A stretch of DNA of 64,000 nucleotides from Alphaproteobacteria bacterium (GTDB lineage Bacteria > Pseudomonadota > Alphaproteobacteria > UBA828), in contig CAXXMU010000005.1 of NCBI GenBank assembly GCA_963667785.2, positions 1 to 64,000 of the forward strand, written 5' to 3'. Positions 27,382-37,526 of this stretch are shown piece after piece; positions within the stretch are counted from its first letter, which is position 1; every line of letters starts with the position of its first letter. The notes below the pieces were generated by a model, which saw only the letters and a list, made by a program, of their open reading frames with translations, was not told the origin of the DNA and made no database searches. A program made the translations under genes and the position numbers.

Positions 27382-27483
27382 GGTCCACCGACGAATTCGG
27401 AGAGCGGCCGGGAGCCCAGCTCCGCGTTCTGCGGGGCCGAGGCCGCCAGCGCGTCCCAGTCCACAGTCTTCACGGGCCCCCGG

Positions 27484-27669
27484 TCACGGCGTCGCGGCCT
27501 TTCGGATCGCTTCCACGCCACCCATCTCACGGACGGCCTTCTTGATCTGCGTCCGCCGCCGCCCCAGACTCTCCGCGGTTTCCTGCAGCGATAGCCCCTC
27601 GCGGATGCGCTGACGGATGCGCTTCTTGGCGGCTTCGTCAAGGCGGGGGCCACGGTTCGGGTCAGCCAT
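27484..27669 (-). CDS. Small HTH protein
   Basis: EGLSLQETAESLGRRRTQIKK. Confidence 0.6.
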   Translation of the reverse strand: MADPNRGPRLDEAAKKRIRQRIREGLSLQETAESLGRRRTQIKKAVREMGGVEAIRKAATP

Positions 27670-27843
27670 GTGTCCGCGCCCCCTCGCCTCGACGTGATCC
27701 TGCCGGCGCCCGCTGCGCCTTCACCCGGAGGTACTCGGTCTCGATCACATAGGCCGGGGCCTTGGGATGGCCGACCGGGCGTTGGTCCGTCGCGTAGAAC
27801 ACAGGTGGCCCGCCAAAGACGAAGATTTGCTTCTCTCGCCCTT

Positions 27844-28194
27844 TCACGGCAGCTTCTCCAGCACGAGAAGCCGGTGCACCTTGGTGACGCCGCAGCCGGC
27901 ATTCACCGTGAAGAACGGTGGTGCCAGGCGCCCACCCTCCCGGCCCATCGCATCCTCTCCGCGATGGGTGGCTTCGATGTCCCTCACCAAGTGCGAGAGC
28001 TGCGTGACGATCACCGGAAACGGCAGCACGTTGCCGCCCTTGAGCCATTCCAGGTGCTCGTAGACCTCTGGTGGCTCCGCGCCCGTGTCGGCGAAGATCG
28101 CCGCGTCCGGCATCGGCTCGATTTCCCCGTGCGCCGCCATCAGCGCCATGGTGGTGGACTGGACTCCGGCGCCGAGGCTGATGACCTCGATCAT
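27844..28194 (-). pseudogene. Truncated PAPS-reductase-like (PP-loop) phage protein
   Basis: VISLGAGVQSTTMALM, AIFADTGAEP..VYEHLEWL; stops at 116 aa. Confidence 0.65.
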
Positions 28195-28703
28195 GCCGGC
28201 TTCTGCCCCATCTCCCGCGCGTGGCCTTCCAGCCGGCGCGAGAGCTCCAGCAGGCGGGGTGCGGTCTCGGCGCGGTCGCGGTGATCGAAGCCGCCGTCGC
28301 GCGAGCGCTGCAGAAGATCGTGGGCCGCCGCGATCAGATCGCCCGCGATGCCTTCCGGGTCGGCTTGGGAAGTGGGAACAGAGACGCGCTCCACGCCGCC
28401 GAGGCCGGCCGGCGCGAGGATCTCGCAGACGAAGGCCGGGCCGAAGTAGGCGCAGACGCGGAGCATGTGGCCCCAGTGCGGCATGGTCTCGGCGTCCCGC
28501 CACGCCTTGACAGTGCGAGCCTGAACCTCGATCGCGCCCGCGAGATCGGCGACCGACACCTTGCCCGCGCCCAGGCCCACCCGGCGCCGGAAGGCGTCGA
28601 GGAACGCCTCGGCGGCGAGGTCATGGGTAATCAGGGTCGGATCGGCCATGGATTCGCCGGACGACTCGGCGGGAACCTCGGCGAGGTGAGGGCGTCCGGT
28701 CAT
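28191..28703 (-). CDS. CII-like phage regulator
   Basis: HTH VADLAGAIEVQARTVKAW; DGGFDHRDR; follows cro genes. Confidence 0.55.
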   Translation of the reverse strand: MTGRPHLAEVPAESSGESMADPTLITHDLAAEAFLDAFRRRVGLGAGKVSVADLAGAIEVQARTVKAWRDAETMPHWGHMLRVCAYFGPAFVCEILAPAGLGGVERVSVPTSQADPEGIAGDLIAAAHDLLQRSRDGGFDHRDRAETAPRLLELSRRLEGHAREMGQKPA

Positions 28704-28912
28704 GCCGCCTCGCCTTCGGCCTTCGGGTCGCAGAGAAGGTCGGCGGGCGTCACGGCACCATCGGTGGCCGCGAGAATGCGGAGAAGAATCGCACGGCGCG
28801 GATAGCGGGCACCGGAGACGTATCGGGAAACCGCCGGGGCGCCGACGCCGATGAGAGCGCCGAAGGCCTCGTAGGTGAGGTTCTGTTCGGAAAGATACTG
28901 GGAGAGCTTCAC
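28700..28912 (-). CDS. Cro-like XRE HTH protein
   Basis: MKLSQYL...FGALIGV..PAVSRYVSGARYP...TDGAVTPADL. Confidence 0.8.
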   Translation of the reverse strand: MKLSQYLSEQNLTYEAFGALIGVGAPAVSRYVSGARYPRRAILLRILAATDGAVTPADLLCDPKAEGEAA

Positions 28913-29115
28913 GCCGCGTCCTCGGTCTCTTGGCCGAGAAGATCATCGGGGACGTGGATGCCCCGCTCTTCAGCGGCCTTGACGATCCGGTAGTGGAGCC
29001 GCGCCGGAAACCTGCCGTCGCGCTTCCAGTTCGAAACCGCGCTGGGTCCGACGTTGAAGATGCGCGCCATGGCGCTGGTGCCACCGAAGGCGGCGATGAT
29101 TTGGGAGACGTTCAT
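28909..29115 (-). CDS. Cro-like HTH protein
   Basis: IIAAFGGTSAMARIFNVGPSAVSNWKRDGRFP. Confidence 0.8.
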   Translation of the reverse strand: MNVSQIIAAFGGTSAMARIFNVGPSAVSNWKRDGRFPARLHYRIVKAAEERGIHVPDDLLGQETEDAA

Positions 29116-29150
29116 GCGGGTTGAATATCAGGTTACATGAAGTTCCGCAA
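29111..29150 (-). promoter_or_regulatory. PR-like promoter with two operators
   Basis: TTGCGG-17bp-TATTCA 6 nt before ATG; TTCA-N7-TGAA 29111-29125 and ATCA-N7-TGAA 29127-29141. Confidence 0.7.
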
Positions 29151-29199
29151 GCGAAAACCTGAATAGGGCAAGGAGTGCGTCGCCCGTACGCTTGGACAG

Positions 29200-29484
29200 A
29201 TGCCTAAGACCGACCGACCAGAAGGGTATGTCGAGCAAGTAGGGCGGCGATTGCTGGCCGCTCGACTGGATCTTGGGTTGGACGCCGTGGAGGTCTGCCG
29301 GGCGATCAACGTTCAGCCCAACACCTATTCGCAATGGGAAAATGGTAAATACTTGATACCATTACACGCGGCTATGCGCCTCAAGGAACGGTACGGCATT
29401 TCGCTCGACTGGCTTTACGCAGGTGATGCGCGCGGCATGCCGCGACACTTTTCTGAGGAAACGATACAAGCCGGCGGGTCATGA
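29200..29484 (+). CDS. Short XRE-family phage repressor
   Basis: VGRRLLAARLDLGL...TYSQWENG...YGISLDWLYAG; divergent from cro; no S24 domain. Confidence 0.85.
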   Translation: MPKTDRPEGYVEQVGRRLLAARLDLGLDAVEVCRAINVQPNTYSQWENGKYLIPLHAAMRLKERYGISLDWLYAGDARGMPRHFSEETIQAGGS

Positions 29485-29556
29485 TCCTCCGGCTGCGCCG
29501 CCGGTAGATTCCAAGGCCATCTCTCTAACGATCAGCCTCGCACGCCGAACGGATCA

Positions 29557-29608
29557 TTCATGTAAGATGAAAAAATAGCTTGCACCGTTCAGCAAAGATG
29601 AATATTCT
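29557..29608 (+). promoter_or_regulatory. PL-like promoter with two operators
   Basis: TTGCAC-17bp-TATTCT; TTCA-N7-TGAA at 29557-29571 and 29588-29602. Confidence 0.75.
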
Positions 29609-29642
29609 CCCCCCACTGAGTTGCAGGGGGAGGCATTGAGCA

Positions 29643-30554
29643 GTGACCACGCAGGCATCGGGCACCGCCGAGGGCGGCGAACTCATCACCCAGGCCGAGG
29701 CCGCCGAGCGGAGGCTGGCGGAGACCAACCCGGCCCCGCCGGCGCTCCCTGCCGACGCCCGCGACGACGGCCCGCTCATGGCTGCCATCCAACGGGCCGC
29801 CTGCGACCCGAACTTCGACGTGGAGAAACTTCGGGCACTGCGGGAAATCCAGCGAGACTGGGACGCCGAGCAGGCGAAGAAGGCCTACGACGACGCCCTG
29901 TCCCGCGCCCAGGCCGCCATGCCCATCGTCGAGAAGAACAAGCACACGCATTTCGGCGAGGGCGACAAGGAGGTGGACTACTGGTACGCCGACTACGGCG
30001 CTCTGGTCGACGCGGTGAAGCCGGCGCTGACCGCCGAAGGCTTCTCCTTCGATCACAAGATCGTGCAGGAGATCGTGGGCGAGGGGCAGCGGATCACCGT
30101 CACCTGCTTCTTGAAGCGCGCCGGCCATAGCGAATCCGTCACGATGTTCGCGCCCCCCGAGGGCAGCCCCGGCATGAACGTCATCCAGAAGATCAAGTCC
30201 ACCACGACCTCTCTGAAGCGCGCGACGCTCGAGGCCATTACCGGCGCGGCCACCGAGGACGGGGACGACGACGGCCGCGGCGCGGGTGCGGAGGAGGAGA
30301 AGCTCAGCCTCTCCGAAGTCGCCTTCCTCAACGCCGAGCTGGAGGCACTGAACGCCGACCGGGCGCGCTTCCTCAACCATCTCGGCGTCGAGGCGCTGGA
30401 AGACCTGCCATCGTCCCGGTTCAACGAGGCGAAGGTGGCGCTGGAGGCGAAGCGCCAGGCGATGGAGCGTCAGCAGGGCGACGACTCCGGCCCGCCGGCC
30501 GCAGCCGAAGGCGCGACCGACCCCAACGCCGACAACCCCCTGATGGGAGGCTGA
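29643..30554 (+). CDS. ERF-family ssDNA annealing recombinase
   Basis: YWYADY, VKPALTAEGFSF, VTCFLKRAGHSES, STTTSLKR, DDDG. Confidence 0.8.
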   Translation: MTTQASGTAEGGELITQAEAAERRLAETNPAPPALPADARDDGPLMAAIQRAACDPNFDVEKLRALREIQRDWDAEQAKKAYDDALSRAQAAMPIVEKNKHTHFGEGDKEVDYWYADYGALVDAVKPALTAEGFSFDHKIVQEIVGEGQRITVTCFLKRAGHSESVTMFAPPEGSPGMNVIQKIKSTTTSLKRATLEAITGAATEDGDDDGRGAGAEEEKLSLSEVAFLNAELEALNADRARFLNHLGVEALEDLPSSRFNEAKVALEAKRQAMERQQGDDSGPPAAAEGATDPNADNPLMGG

Positions 30555-30557
30555 GCG

Positions 30558-31022
30558 ATGGCGGGCAGCGTCAACAAGGTCGTCCTGGTCGGCAATCTGG
30601 GGCGCGATCCTGAGACCCGGCAGACCCAGGACGGCAGGCCGATCTGCAACTTCACGCTGGCCACCAGCGAGACCTGGAAGGACAAGCAGACCGGCGAGAG
30701 GCGCGAGCGCGTCGAGTGGCACCGCGTCGTGATCTTCAACGAGCACCTCGCCGAGATCGCGCAGCGCTACCTGCGCAAGGGCTCCAAGGTCTATCTCGAA
30801 GGCCAGCTGCAGACCCGCAAGTGGACCGACCAGTCGGGGCAGGAGCGCCACACCACCGAGGTGGTGCTGCAGAACTTCCGGGGTGAGATCGTCATGCTCG
30901 GCGACGGCAAGGGCAGCGCCGGCGAGGGAGAGGAGAAGCCCGCCTACGGCTCGCACAGGGGTGGCGAGGTGCCGGCCGCGGCGAGCGCGCCCAACGACCC
31001 GTCGGACGAGATTCCCTTCTGA
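30558..31022 (+). CDS. ssb: Single-stranded DNA-binding protein
   Basis: [19 protein letters not shown]...EWHRVV...DEIPF. Confidence 0.97.
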   Translation: MAGSVNKVVLVGNLGRDPETRQTQDGRPICNFTLATSETWKDKQTGERRERVEWHRVVIFNEHLAEIAQRYLRKGSKVYLEGQLQTRKWTDQSGQERHTTEVVLQNFRGEIVMLGDGKGSAGEGEEKPAYGSHRGGEVPAAASAPNDPSDEIPF

Positions 31023-31035
31023 GGGGCGTGGCGTG

Positions 31036-31836
31036 ATGCTCGAAATTGTGGACTGCGAGCAGAACTCGCCGGAATGGGTAGAGGCCCGGCTCGGTCTTCC
31101 CACCGCCTCGGAGTTTGCGAGCATCGTGGCCGACTGGGAAGCCGCGAATGCCGAGCTGGCCCGGTGGCAGCGCAACCGAGCGATCATAGCAGCAGTGCAC
31201 GACGGCCGCAGCCGCAAGGAGGTGGCGGAGGAGCTCGGGCTGACCGCCTCGACCATCTCGGCAATCGTCAAGAAGGGTGAACCCGACGAGTTTTCGCGGC
31301 CGCGCGCCAAGCTCAGCGCGACCTATCTGCGGAAGCTGGCGGGCGAGCGAATCACCGGCCGCCCCGCTGTGAACGTCTCAACCGCTGCCACGCGGCGCGG
31401 TCACCAGATGGAGCCGAAAGCCCGCGCCCTCTATGAGTTCGCGAACGGAGTCGCGGTCGAGCGCGTCGGGCTGATCAAGAACCACGGAGTGGGCTACTCG
31501 CCCGACGGCCTGGTGGGCGAGCTGGGCCTGCTCGAGATCAAGTCGATGGAGCCCCACATTTTGATCGAACACTGGGAGGCGGGCAGCGTTCCGCCCGAGC
31601 ACGCCGCGCAGATTCAGGGCGGCATGTGGGTGGCCGAGCGGGAATGGCTGGACTTCTGCGGCTATTGCCCCGGCATGTTGCCGCTGGATTTTCGGGTCGC
31701 GCGCGACGACGAGTTCATCACGCAGACGCTGGTTCCCGCCATCGTGGCATTTCGCCAGGAACTCGAGAATCTGGTCGCGCGGCTTTCCCGCGGCGTGAAG
31801 CCTCCAGGCGAGTTAGACGAGGAGAAGGCGGGATGA
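31036..31836 (+). CDS. YqaJ/lambda-exonuclease family protein with HTH insertion
   Basis: EQNSPEW..AR.G.PTASEF, RGHQMEP.AR, YSPDGLV, LEIK, QIQGGMWV. Confidence 0.88.
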   Translation: MLEIVDCEQNSPEWVEARLGLPTASEFASIVADWEAANAELARWQRNRAIIAAVHDGRSRKEVAEELGLTASTISAIVKKGEPDEFSRPRAKLSATYLRKLAGERITGRPAVNVSTAATRRGHQMEPKARALYEFANGVAVERVGLIKNHGVGYSPDGLVGELGLLEIKSMEPHILIEHWEAGSVPPEHAAQIQGGMWVAEREWLDFCGYCPGMLPLDFRVARDDEFITQTLVPAIVAFRQELENLVARLSRGVKPPGELDEEKAG

Positions 31837-32129
31837 GCGATTGGGCCTGTGACGTCACGGTCACCGTCCACGATACCGAGATCGAGCTGCTCGTGAGCGG
31901 CCGGCCGGTGCGGAACGACACCTCCGTCGGGGAGCCGCACGGTTGGTCGCTCGAGGACGCGCACCTGCAATGGCAGGACGAGACGCCGGTACAGGACGCG
32001 GCGCTCGAGGTCGTCGGCAAGGAGGCGGTCGAGGCGGCGATCACCCGCGCCAACGAGCGGCTGCTCGACGAGGGGCCGCCCGGCCCGGATCCCGACTACC
32101 TGCGCGACCTGCAGGAGGAAGCGGCATGA
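31833..32129 (+). CDS. Hypothetical phage protein
   Basis: ATGA-coupled; ends GPDPDYLRD. Confidence 0.55.
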   Translation: MSDWACDVTVTVHDTEIELLVSGRPVRNDTSVGEPHGWSLEDAHLQWQDETPVQDAALEVVGKEAVEAAITRANERLLDEGPPGPDPDYLRDLQEEAA

Positions 32130-32413
32130 GCCGGTACGACAACCTCCCTTTCCTGGAGACACCGAGCGATATCGAGCGCTTCGTCGAGAAGGCGCGCTAC
32201 GGGGACGCGGCCCTCTATCCGTGCGACCCGCAGATGGCAGCGGAGTCGCCCCTGGCGCAGTGCAGGGCCCTCGCGTGGCGGCTGGCGTGCCAGGGCCTGG
32301 TCGCGCTCTTCAAGATGCGGGCGGAGGATGACCGTCTGCACTCCGTCATGCTGAGGCTCGGGCCGGAGACCGCCAAGCAGCTCGGCAGGCCTCAGTACCA
32401 GATCGAGCCATGA
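32126..32413 (+). CDS. Hypothetical phage protein
   Basis: ATGA-coupled, GGAGG RBS. Confidence 0.55.
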   Translation: MSRYDNLPFLETPSDIERFVEKARYGDAALYPCDPQMAAESPLAQCRALAWRLACQGLVALFKMRAEDDRLHSVMLRLGPETAKQLGRPQYQIEP

Positions 32414-32922
32414 CCGCGCCCCGCATCTTGCGCTTCCGCTGGGACGGCCGGGTCATGGTTCCGGTCTACCCTGGGGTCGCCGCCAAGCAGTACGAGGTCG
32501 GAGAGGTCTATCCGCTCGAAGTCCGTGAGGATCGGTCGATCAACAGCCACCGTCACTTCTTCGCGGTCGTCCGCGAGGGCTGGCAGAACCTGCCGGAAGC
32601 GCAAGCGCAGCGGTTCCCGACCGAGGACCATCTTCGGAAGTGGCTCCTGATCCGCACGGGCTTCCGGGACGAACGCAGCATCCCCCTTGCCTCCAAGGCC
32701 GAGGCGCAGCGCGTCGCCGCGTTCGTCAAGCCGCTCGACGACTTTGCGGTCGTGGTGGCACGGGAGGCGACGGTGACCGTGCTGACCGCGAAGAGCCAGT
32801 CCGTGAAGGCCATGGGCAGGGCGGAGTTCCAGAAGTCGAAGGACGCCGTGCTCGACGAGCTCGCCGCGATGATCAGCGTTGATCGGAAGGCGCTGGAACA
32901 GAACGCGGGGAAGGCCGCATAG
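32410..32922 (+). CDS. DUF1367/NinB-like phage protein
   Basis: RSINSHRHFFA, EDHLRKWLLIRTG, AKSQS..AM...EFQ. Confidence 0.6.
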   Translation: MTAPRILRFRWDGRVMVPVYPGVAAKQYEVGEVYPLEVREDRSINSHRHFFAVVREGWQNLPEAQAQRFPTEDHLRKWLLIRTGFRDERSIPLASKAEAQRVAAFVKPLDDFAVVVAREATVTVLTAKSQSVKAMGRAEFQKSKDAVLDELAAMISVDRKALEQNAGKAA

Positions 32923-33228
32923 GTGGGTGAGATCGCTGAAATGATGCTCGACGGCACCATGTGCGAGGGGTGCGGCGAGTTCCTGAGTGGCGAAGCGAGC
33001 GGCCACCCCGACCACTGCTCGGCGCAATGCGCCCGCGAACGCGGGGCCGACTGGTGGCTCGAGCTGAAGGGCTACGAGGCCGGCGCCGCGCCCTCTCGCA
33101 AGGCTCGCAAGCGGAGGCGGCCGAAAGGCCCGCGCGACACCGCCTGCCCGGTCTGCGACAAGATGTTTCGGGGGCAGGAAGGCATGGAGAACCACCGCCG
33201 CATGAAGCACGGGGGAGGAGCCGCATGA
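32923..33228 (+). CDS. Phage zinc-finger protein
   Basis: MGEIAEMMLDGTMCEGCG and CPVC...H...KH. Confidence 0.65.
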   Translation: MGEIAEMMLDGTMCEGCGEFLSGEASGHPDHCSAQCARERGADWWLELKGYEAGAAPSRKARKRRRPKGPRDTACPVCDKMFRGQEGMENHRRMKHGGGAA

Positions 33229-33548
33229 GACGCCGCCGCTTCCCGCCCCGCGTCTATGCCGAAATCGTGAAGCGGCAGGACGGGATCTGCGCGTGCGGGT
33301 GCGGAGAGGCGCTGGGCACCGACCCGCGCGACATCCAGTACGACCACGAAATCCCGCTCTGGAAAGGCGGTGAGGACACGCCGGAGAATCTCCGTGCGCT
33401 GCGGAAGAAGCACCATCTGGCCAAGACCATCGGCGAGGCCAAGGACCGCGCGAAGTTCCGGCGGATCGCCGAGCGCGGCGGGATGACGAAGCGGAGGATG
33501 AGTCGGCACGACCGCGACCTCGCCCGGTATCTGGAGGAGCGCACATGA
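33225..33548 (+). CDS. HNH endonuclease
   Basis: QDGICACGCG, YDHEIPL..GG.D..ENL...HH..KT. Confidence 0.8.
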   Translation: MRRRRFPPRVYAEIVKRQDGICACGCGEALGTDPRDIQYDHEIPLWKGGEDTPENLRALRKKHHLAKTIGEAKDRAKFRRIAERGGMTKRRMSRHDRDLARYLEERT

Positions 33549-33802
33549 CCTCCCCCAAGATACCCTTGGCCGACATGCCGGCATGGCCCCGGTTTCTTTG
33601 CGAGTACGAGGCGGCCGCCTATGTCCGCCTCTCCGTCAACACCTTCAGGGACGGCGTCGGCACCATCTGGCCGAATGCGGTCCGCGTCGGCCGGCGCAAG
33701 CTCTACGACCGGCTCGCGCTGGACCGCTCGGTCGACGAGCTCTCGAAGGGCCAGACGGGTGCGCCCGCCGTTGACAAGGAGGGTGACTTTGCACTTGGCT
33801 GA
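33545..33802 (+). CDS. Excisionase-like HTH protein
   Basis: EAAAYVRLSVNTF, VGRRKLYDRLALD; just before integrase. Confidence 0.75.
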   Translation: MTSPKIPLADMPAWPRFLCEYEAAAYVRLSVNTFRDGVGTIWPNAVRVGRRKLYDRLALDRSVDELSKGQTGAPAVDKEGDFALG

Positions 33803-33806
33803 GGAC

Positions 33807-34901
33807 ATGCGTCGGCAGCTTCCGCCCTACGTCTACCGCGAACGCTCGCGGCATGGTCGATCGGTGCTGTACTTCCGCCGCGGCAAGGGGCGGCGGATCA
33901 GGCTGCCCGACGTTCCGACGTCGCCCGAGTTCGATGCGGCGTATCGCGCCGCGCTGACCGGCGAGGCGCCGCCGGGGTCACCCGATCAGGCCCCGCCGCC
34001 TCATTCGCTGCGCTGGCTGATCGACCGCTACCGGGAGAGTGCTGCCTGGCGGCAACTGTCCCCCGGCACGCGCCGACAGCGGGAGGGGGTCTTCCTGCGC
34101 GCCATCCGGCAGGCGAACAACCCGCCCTTCGCCGCGATCACCCGGGCCCACATCCAGGCCGTGCTGGACAAGCGGGCGGACAGGCCGGCCTCGGCCAACA
34201 CCTTCCTCAACGCGATACGAGGACTGTTCGCGTGGGCCGTGCTGAACGGGCATGTCGAGCACGACCCGACCGCCGGCGTCCGGCGCGTGCGGTATCGGAG
34301 CGCCGGCTTCGCTCCGTGGACGCCGGAGGACGTGCATGCGTTCCGCGCGCGCCATCCGATCGGCACCAAGGCGCACCTCGTCATGGAGTTCATCCTGCTC
34401 ACCGGCCTGCGCCGCTCCGATGTCGTGCGGGCCGGCCGCCAGCACCTGCGCGGCGACGTGCTCACGATCCGCACCGCGAAGACGGGGGCGGTGGTCACGA
34501 TGCGGCTTCCGCAGCACCTGCTCGACCTGATCGAGCGCTCGCCGTCGGGGGGCATGCACTTCGTGGTCAGCGAGCACGGGCGCCCGTTCACGGTGGCGAG
34601 CTTCGGCAACTGGTTCAGCGCCCGGTGCCGCGAGGCAGGCGTCGAGAAGAGCGCGCACGGGCTCCGCAAGCTGTCCGCGACGCTCGCGGCCAACGGCGGC
34701 GCGACCGCGCATCAGCTCAAGGCGCAGTTCGGCTGGAGCAAGCTCGAGCAGGCGGAGGTCTACACGGCCAGCGCCAACAGGACTCGGCTGGGGAAGGAAT
34801 CGTCGGAGATCGTGGCGGGGCAGATCGAGAACGCCATTCCCCGCACCTTGGTTTCGGAGGCCCCGCACCCTGCAAAAGGTGCTCTCAAATCATGCAGTTA
34901 G
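33807..34901 (+). CDS. Tyrosine recombinase/integrase
   Basis: TGLRRSD, KTG, HGLRK, FGWS...VY; arm-binding N-terminus RHG..YFRR. Confidence 0.95.
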   Translation: MRRQLPPYVYRERSRHGRSVLYFRRGKGRRIRLPDVPTSPEFDAAYRAALTGEAPPGSPDQAPPPHSLRWLIDRYRESAAWRQLSPGTRRQREGVFLRAIRQANNPPFAAITRAHIQAVLDKRADRPASANTFLNAIRGLFAWAVLNGHVEHDPTAGVRRVRYRSAGFAPWTPEDVHAFRARHPIGTKAHLVMEFILLTGLRRSDVVRAGRQHLRGDVLTIRTAKTGAVVTMRLPQHLLDLIERSPSGGMHFVVSEHGRPFTVASFGNWFSARCREAGVEKSAHGLRKLSATLAANGGATAHQLKAQFGWSKLEQAEVYTASANRTRLGKESSEIVAGQIENAIPRTLVSEAPHPAKGALKSCS

Positions 34902-35193
34902 AAATGCGGTGCGAACTCGGGCAGAGTCCATAGCAATCCATCTCATCACGATGTTTCCGAGATGTCTACCTCGGAGACGCTCGCAGCGATAACCCGCGAA
35001 TGCGGCCGCCTGCCGAGACCGGTTGCCATGGTTGCTGCCGGGGGTCGTCCGGGCTCTCTGTCCCGCTCCACTGCAGCCCTCCCGCACATCCTGGCGACAT
35101 CCTCCCTGTCGTAGGGCATGCTGTCACCGAAGCACGCCACAACTATGGCGCCGATGCAAGGGATTAATCGACATTAATTTATCCCGCCTCCGC

Positions 35194-35886
35194 TCAACTT
35201 GCGCCGGCATCGAGGGCGTAGCCGGCGGAGCGGACGGTGCGGATCAGGTCCGGCCTATCCTGGCCGTTGAGCGCCTGGCGCAGGCGGCGGACGTGGACAT
35301 CGACGGTGCGGCTCTCGATGAAGATGTCCGGCCCCCAGACGGAATCCAGCAACTGCTCGCGCGAGAAGACGCGGCCGGGGTGCTCCATCAGGTGGCGCAG
35401 GAGGCGGAACTCGGTGGGGCCGAGGTGGATGGCGGCGTCCTCGCGCGTGACCCGGTGGGCGGCGAGGTCCATGCGGAGGTCGGCGTAGGTGAGCACCTCG
35501 TCGCCCAGCGCAGGCCGCAGGCGGCGCAGGATCGCGCGGATGCGGGCGAGAAGCTCGGCGGGCGAGAAGGGCTTGACCACGTAGTCGTCGGCGCCGCCGT
35601 CGAGCCCGCGCACCCGGTCGGCCTCCTCGCCGCGCGCGGTCAGCATGACGATGGGGAGCGGCTGCGGGTCGGAGCGGCGGCGCACGCGGCGGCAGACCTC
35701 GATGCCGCTGAGGGTCGGCAGCATCCAGTCGAGCACCATCAGGTCGGGGCGGCGCTCTTCGACCATGAGCAGCGCCTCCTCGCCGTCGACGGCCTCGCCC
35801 ACCTCGAAGCCGGCCTTCTCCAGGTTGTAGCGGAGCAGCGTGAGGAGGGCGGCCTCGTCCTCGACGATCAGGATGTAGGGCTTCAT
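35194..35886 (-). CDS. phoB: Phosphate regulon response regulator
   Basis: ILIVEDE, LDWMLP, GADDYVVKPFS, HLGPTEFRLL, RTVDVHVRRLR. Confidence 0.96.
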   Translation of the reverse strand: MKPYILIVEDEAALLTLLRYNLEKAGFEVGEAVDGEEALLMVEERRPDLMVLDWMLPTLSGIEVCRRVRRRSDPQPLPIVMLTARGEEADRVRGLDGGADDYVVKPFSPAELLARIRAILRRLRPALGDEVLTYADLRMDLAAHRVTREDAAIHLGPTEFRLLRHLMEHPGRVFSREQLLDSVWGPDIFIESRTVDVHVRRLRQALNGQDRPDLIRTVRSAGYALDAGAS

Positions 35887-36611
35887 GACGCGGGCGCCTC
35901 CGTCTCGCCGTCGGCCTGGTGGAAGGACGTGACGTCGCCCTTGGGGCGTTCCTCCTCCACGGGCGTGCCGGTCACCACGTAGCTGACGGTCTCGGCGATG
36001 TTGGTGGCGTGGTCGCCGATCCGCTCGATGTTCTTGGCGATGAAGAGGAGGTGCGCGCACGGCGTGATGCGGCGCGGGTCCTCCATCATGTAGGTGAGCA
36101 GCTCGCGGAAGAGGCTGTTGTAGGATTCGTCCACGTCCTCGTCGCGGCGCCAGACGGCCATGGCGCGGTCCACGTCGCGGTCGCGGAAGGAATCGAGCAC
36201 GTCCTTGATCATGCCCTGGGCGACGCCGGCCATGCGCGAGATCGCGTGGGTGAGGCGGATGGGGTCGATCTCCTGGATGGCGATGGAGCGCTTGGCGACG
36301 TTGGCGGCGTAGTCTCCCATGCGCTCGAGGTCGCTCGCGACCTTGAGCGAGGCGGTGATGACGCGCAAGTCAACCGCCACCGGCTGGCGCAGCGCGAGGA
36401 TGCGGACCGCGAGGTGGTCGATCTCGGCCTCCAGCGCGTCGACGCGGCGGTCCTCGGTGATGACGCGGGAGGCGAGCTCGTCGTCGCGGCGGACGAGCGC
36501 GGCGATGGAGGCGGCGAGCTGCTGCTCGACGATGCCGCCCATCTCCAGGATCGCGTTGTTCATGCGATCCAGCTCCTCGTCGTAGGCCTTGACCGTGTGC
36601 TCCGCCGCCAT
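35883..36611 (-). CDS. phoU: Phosphate signalling protein
   Basis: HTVKAYDEEL, DLERMGDYAAN, IERIGDHATNIAE. Confidence 0.97.
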   Translation of the reverse strand: MAAEHTVKAYDEELDRMNNAILEMGGIVEQQLAASIAALVRRDDELASRVITEDRRVDALEAEIDHLAVRILALRQPVAVDLRVITASLKVASDLERMGDYAANVAKRSIAIQEIDPIRLTHAISRMAGVAQGMIKDVLDSFRDRDVDRAMAVWRRDEDVDESYNSLFRELLTYMMEDPRRITPCAHLLFIAKNIERIGDHATNIAETVSYVVTGTPVEEERPKGDVTSFHQADGETEAPAS

Positions 36612-36655
36612 CGGTCGCTCTCCTCAGTTCCCGGCCTTCGCCTCGTTCCCCGCGC

Positions 36656-37507
<852 letters not shown>

Positions 37508-37526
37508 GATACCACTCCCTGCCCGC

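Larger units (their letters stand above)
25209..34913. mobile_element. Lambdoid prophage remnant (integration, recombination, immunity, replication)
   Basis: int-xis-HNH-YqaJ-SSB-ERF-repressor divergent from cro-cII-dnaB-rep; no structural genes. Confidence 0.85.

Noticed and set aside
35163-35178. CtrA box (ATTAATCGACATTAAT)
   Set aside because: TTAA half-sites are 6 bp apart, not the consensus 7
34902-35193. tRNA attachment site next to the integrase
   Set aside because: No cloverleaf or T-loop/CCA pattern seen; the short ORFs here are unconvincing
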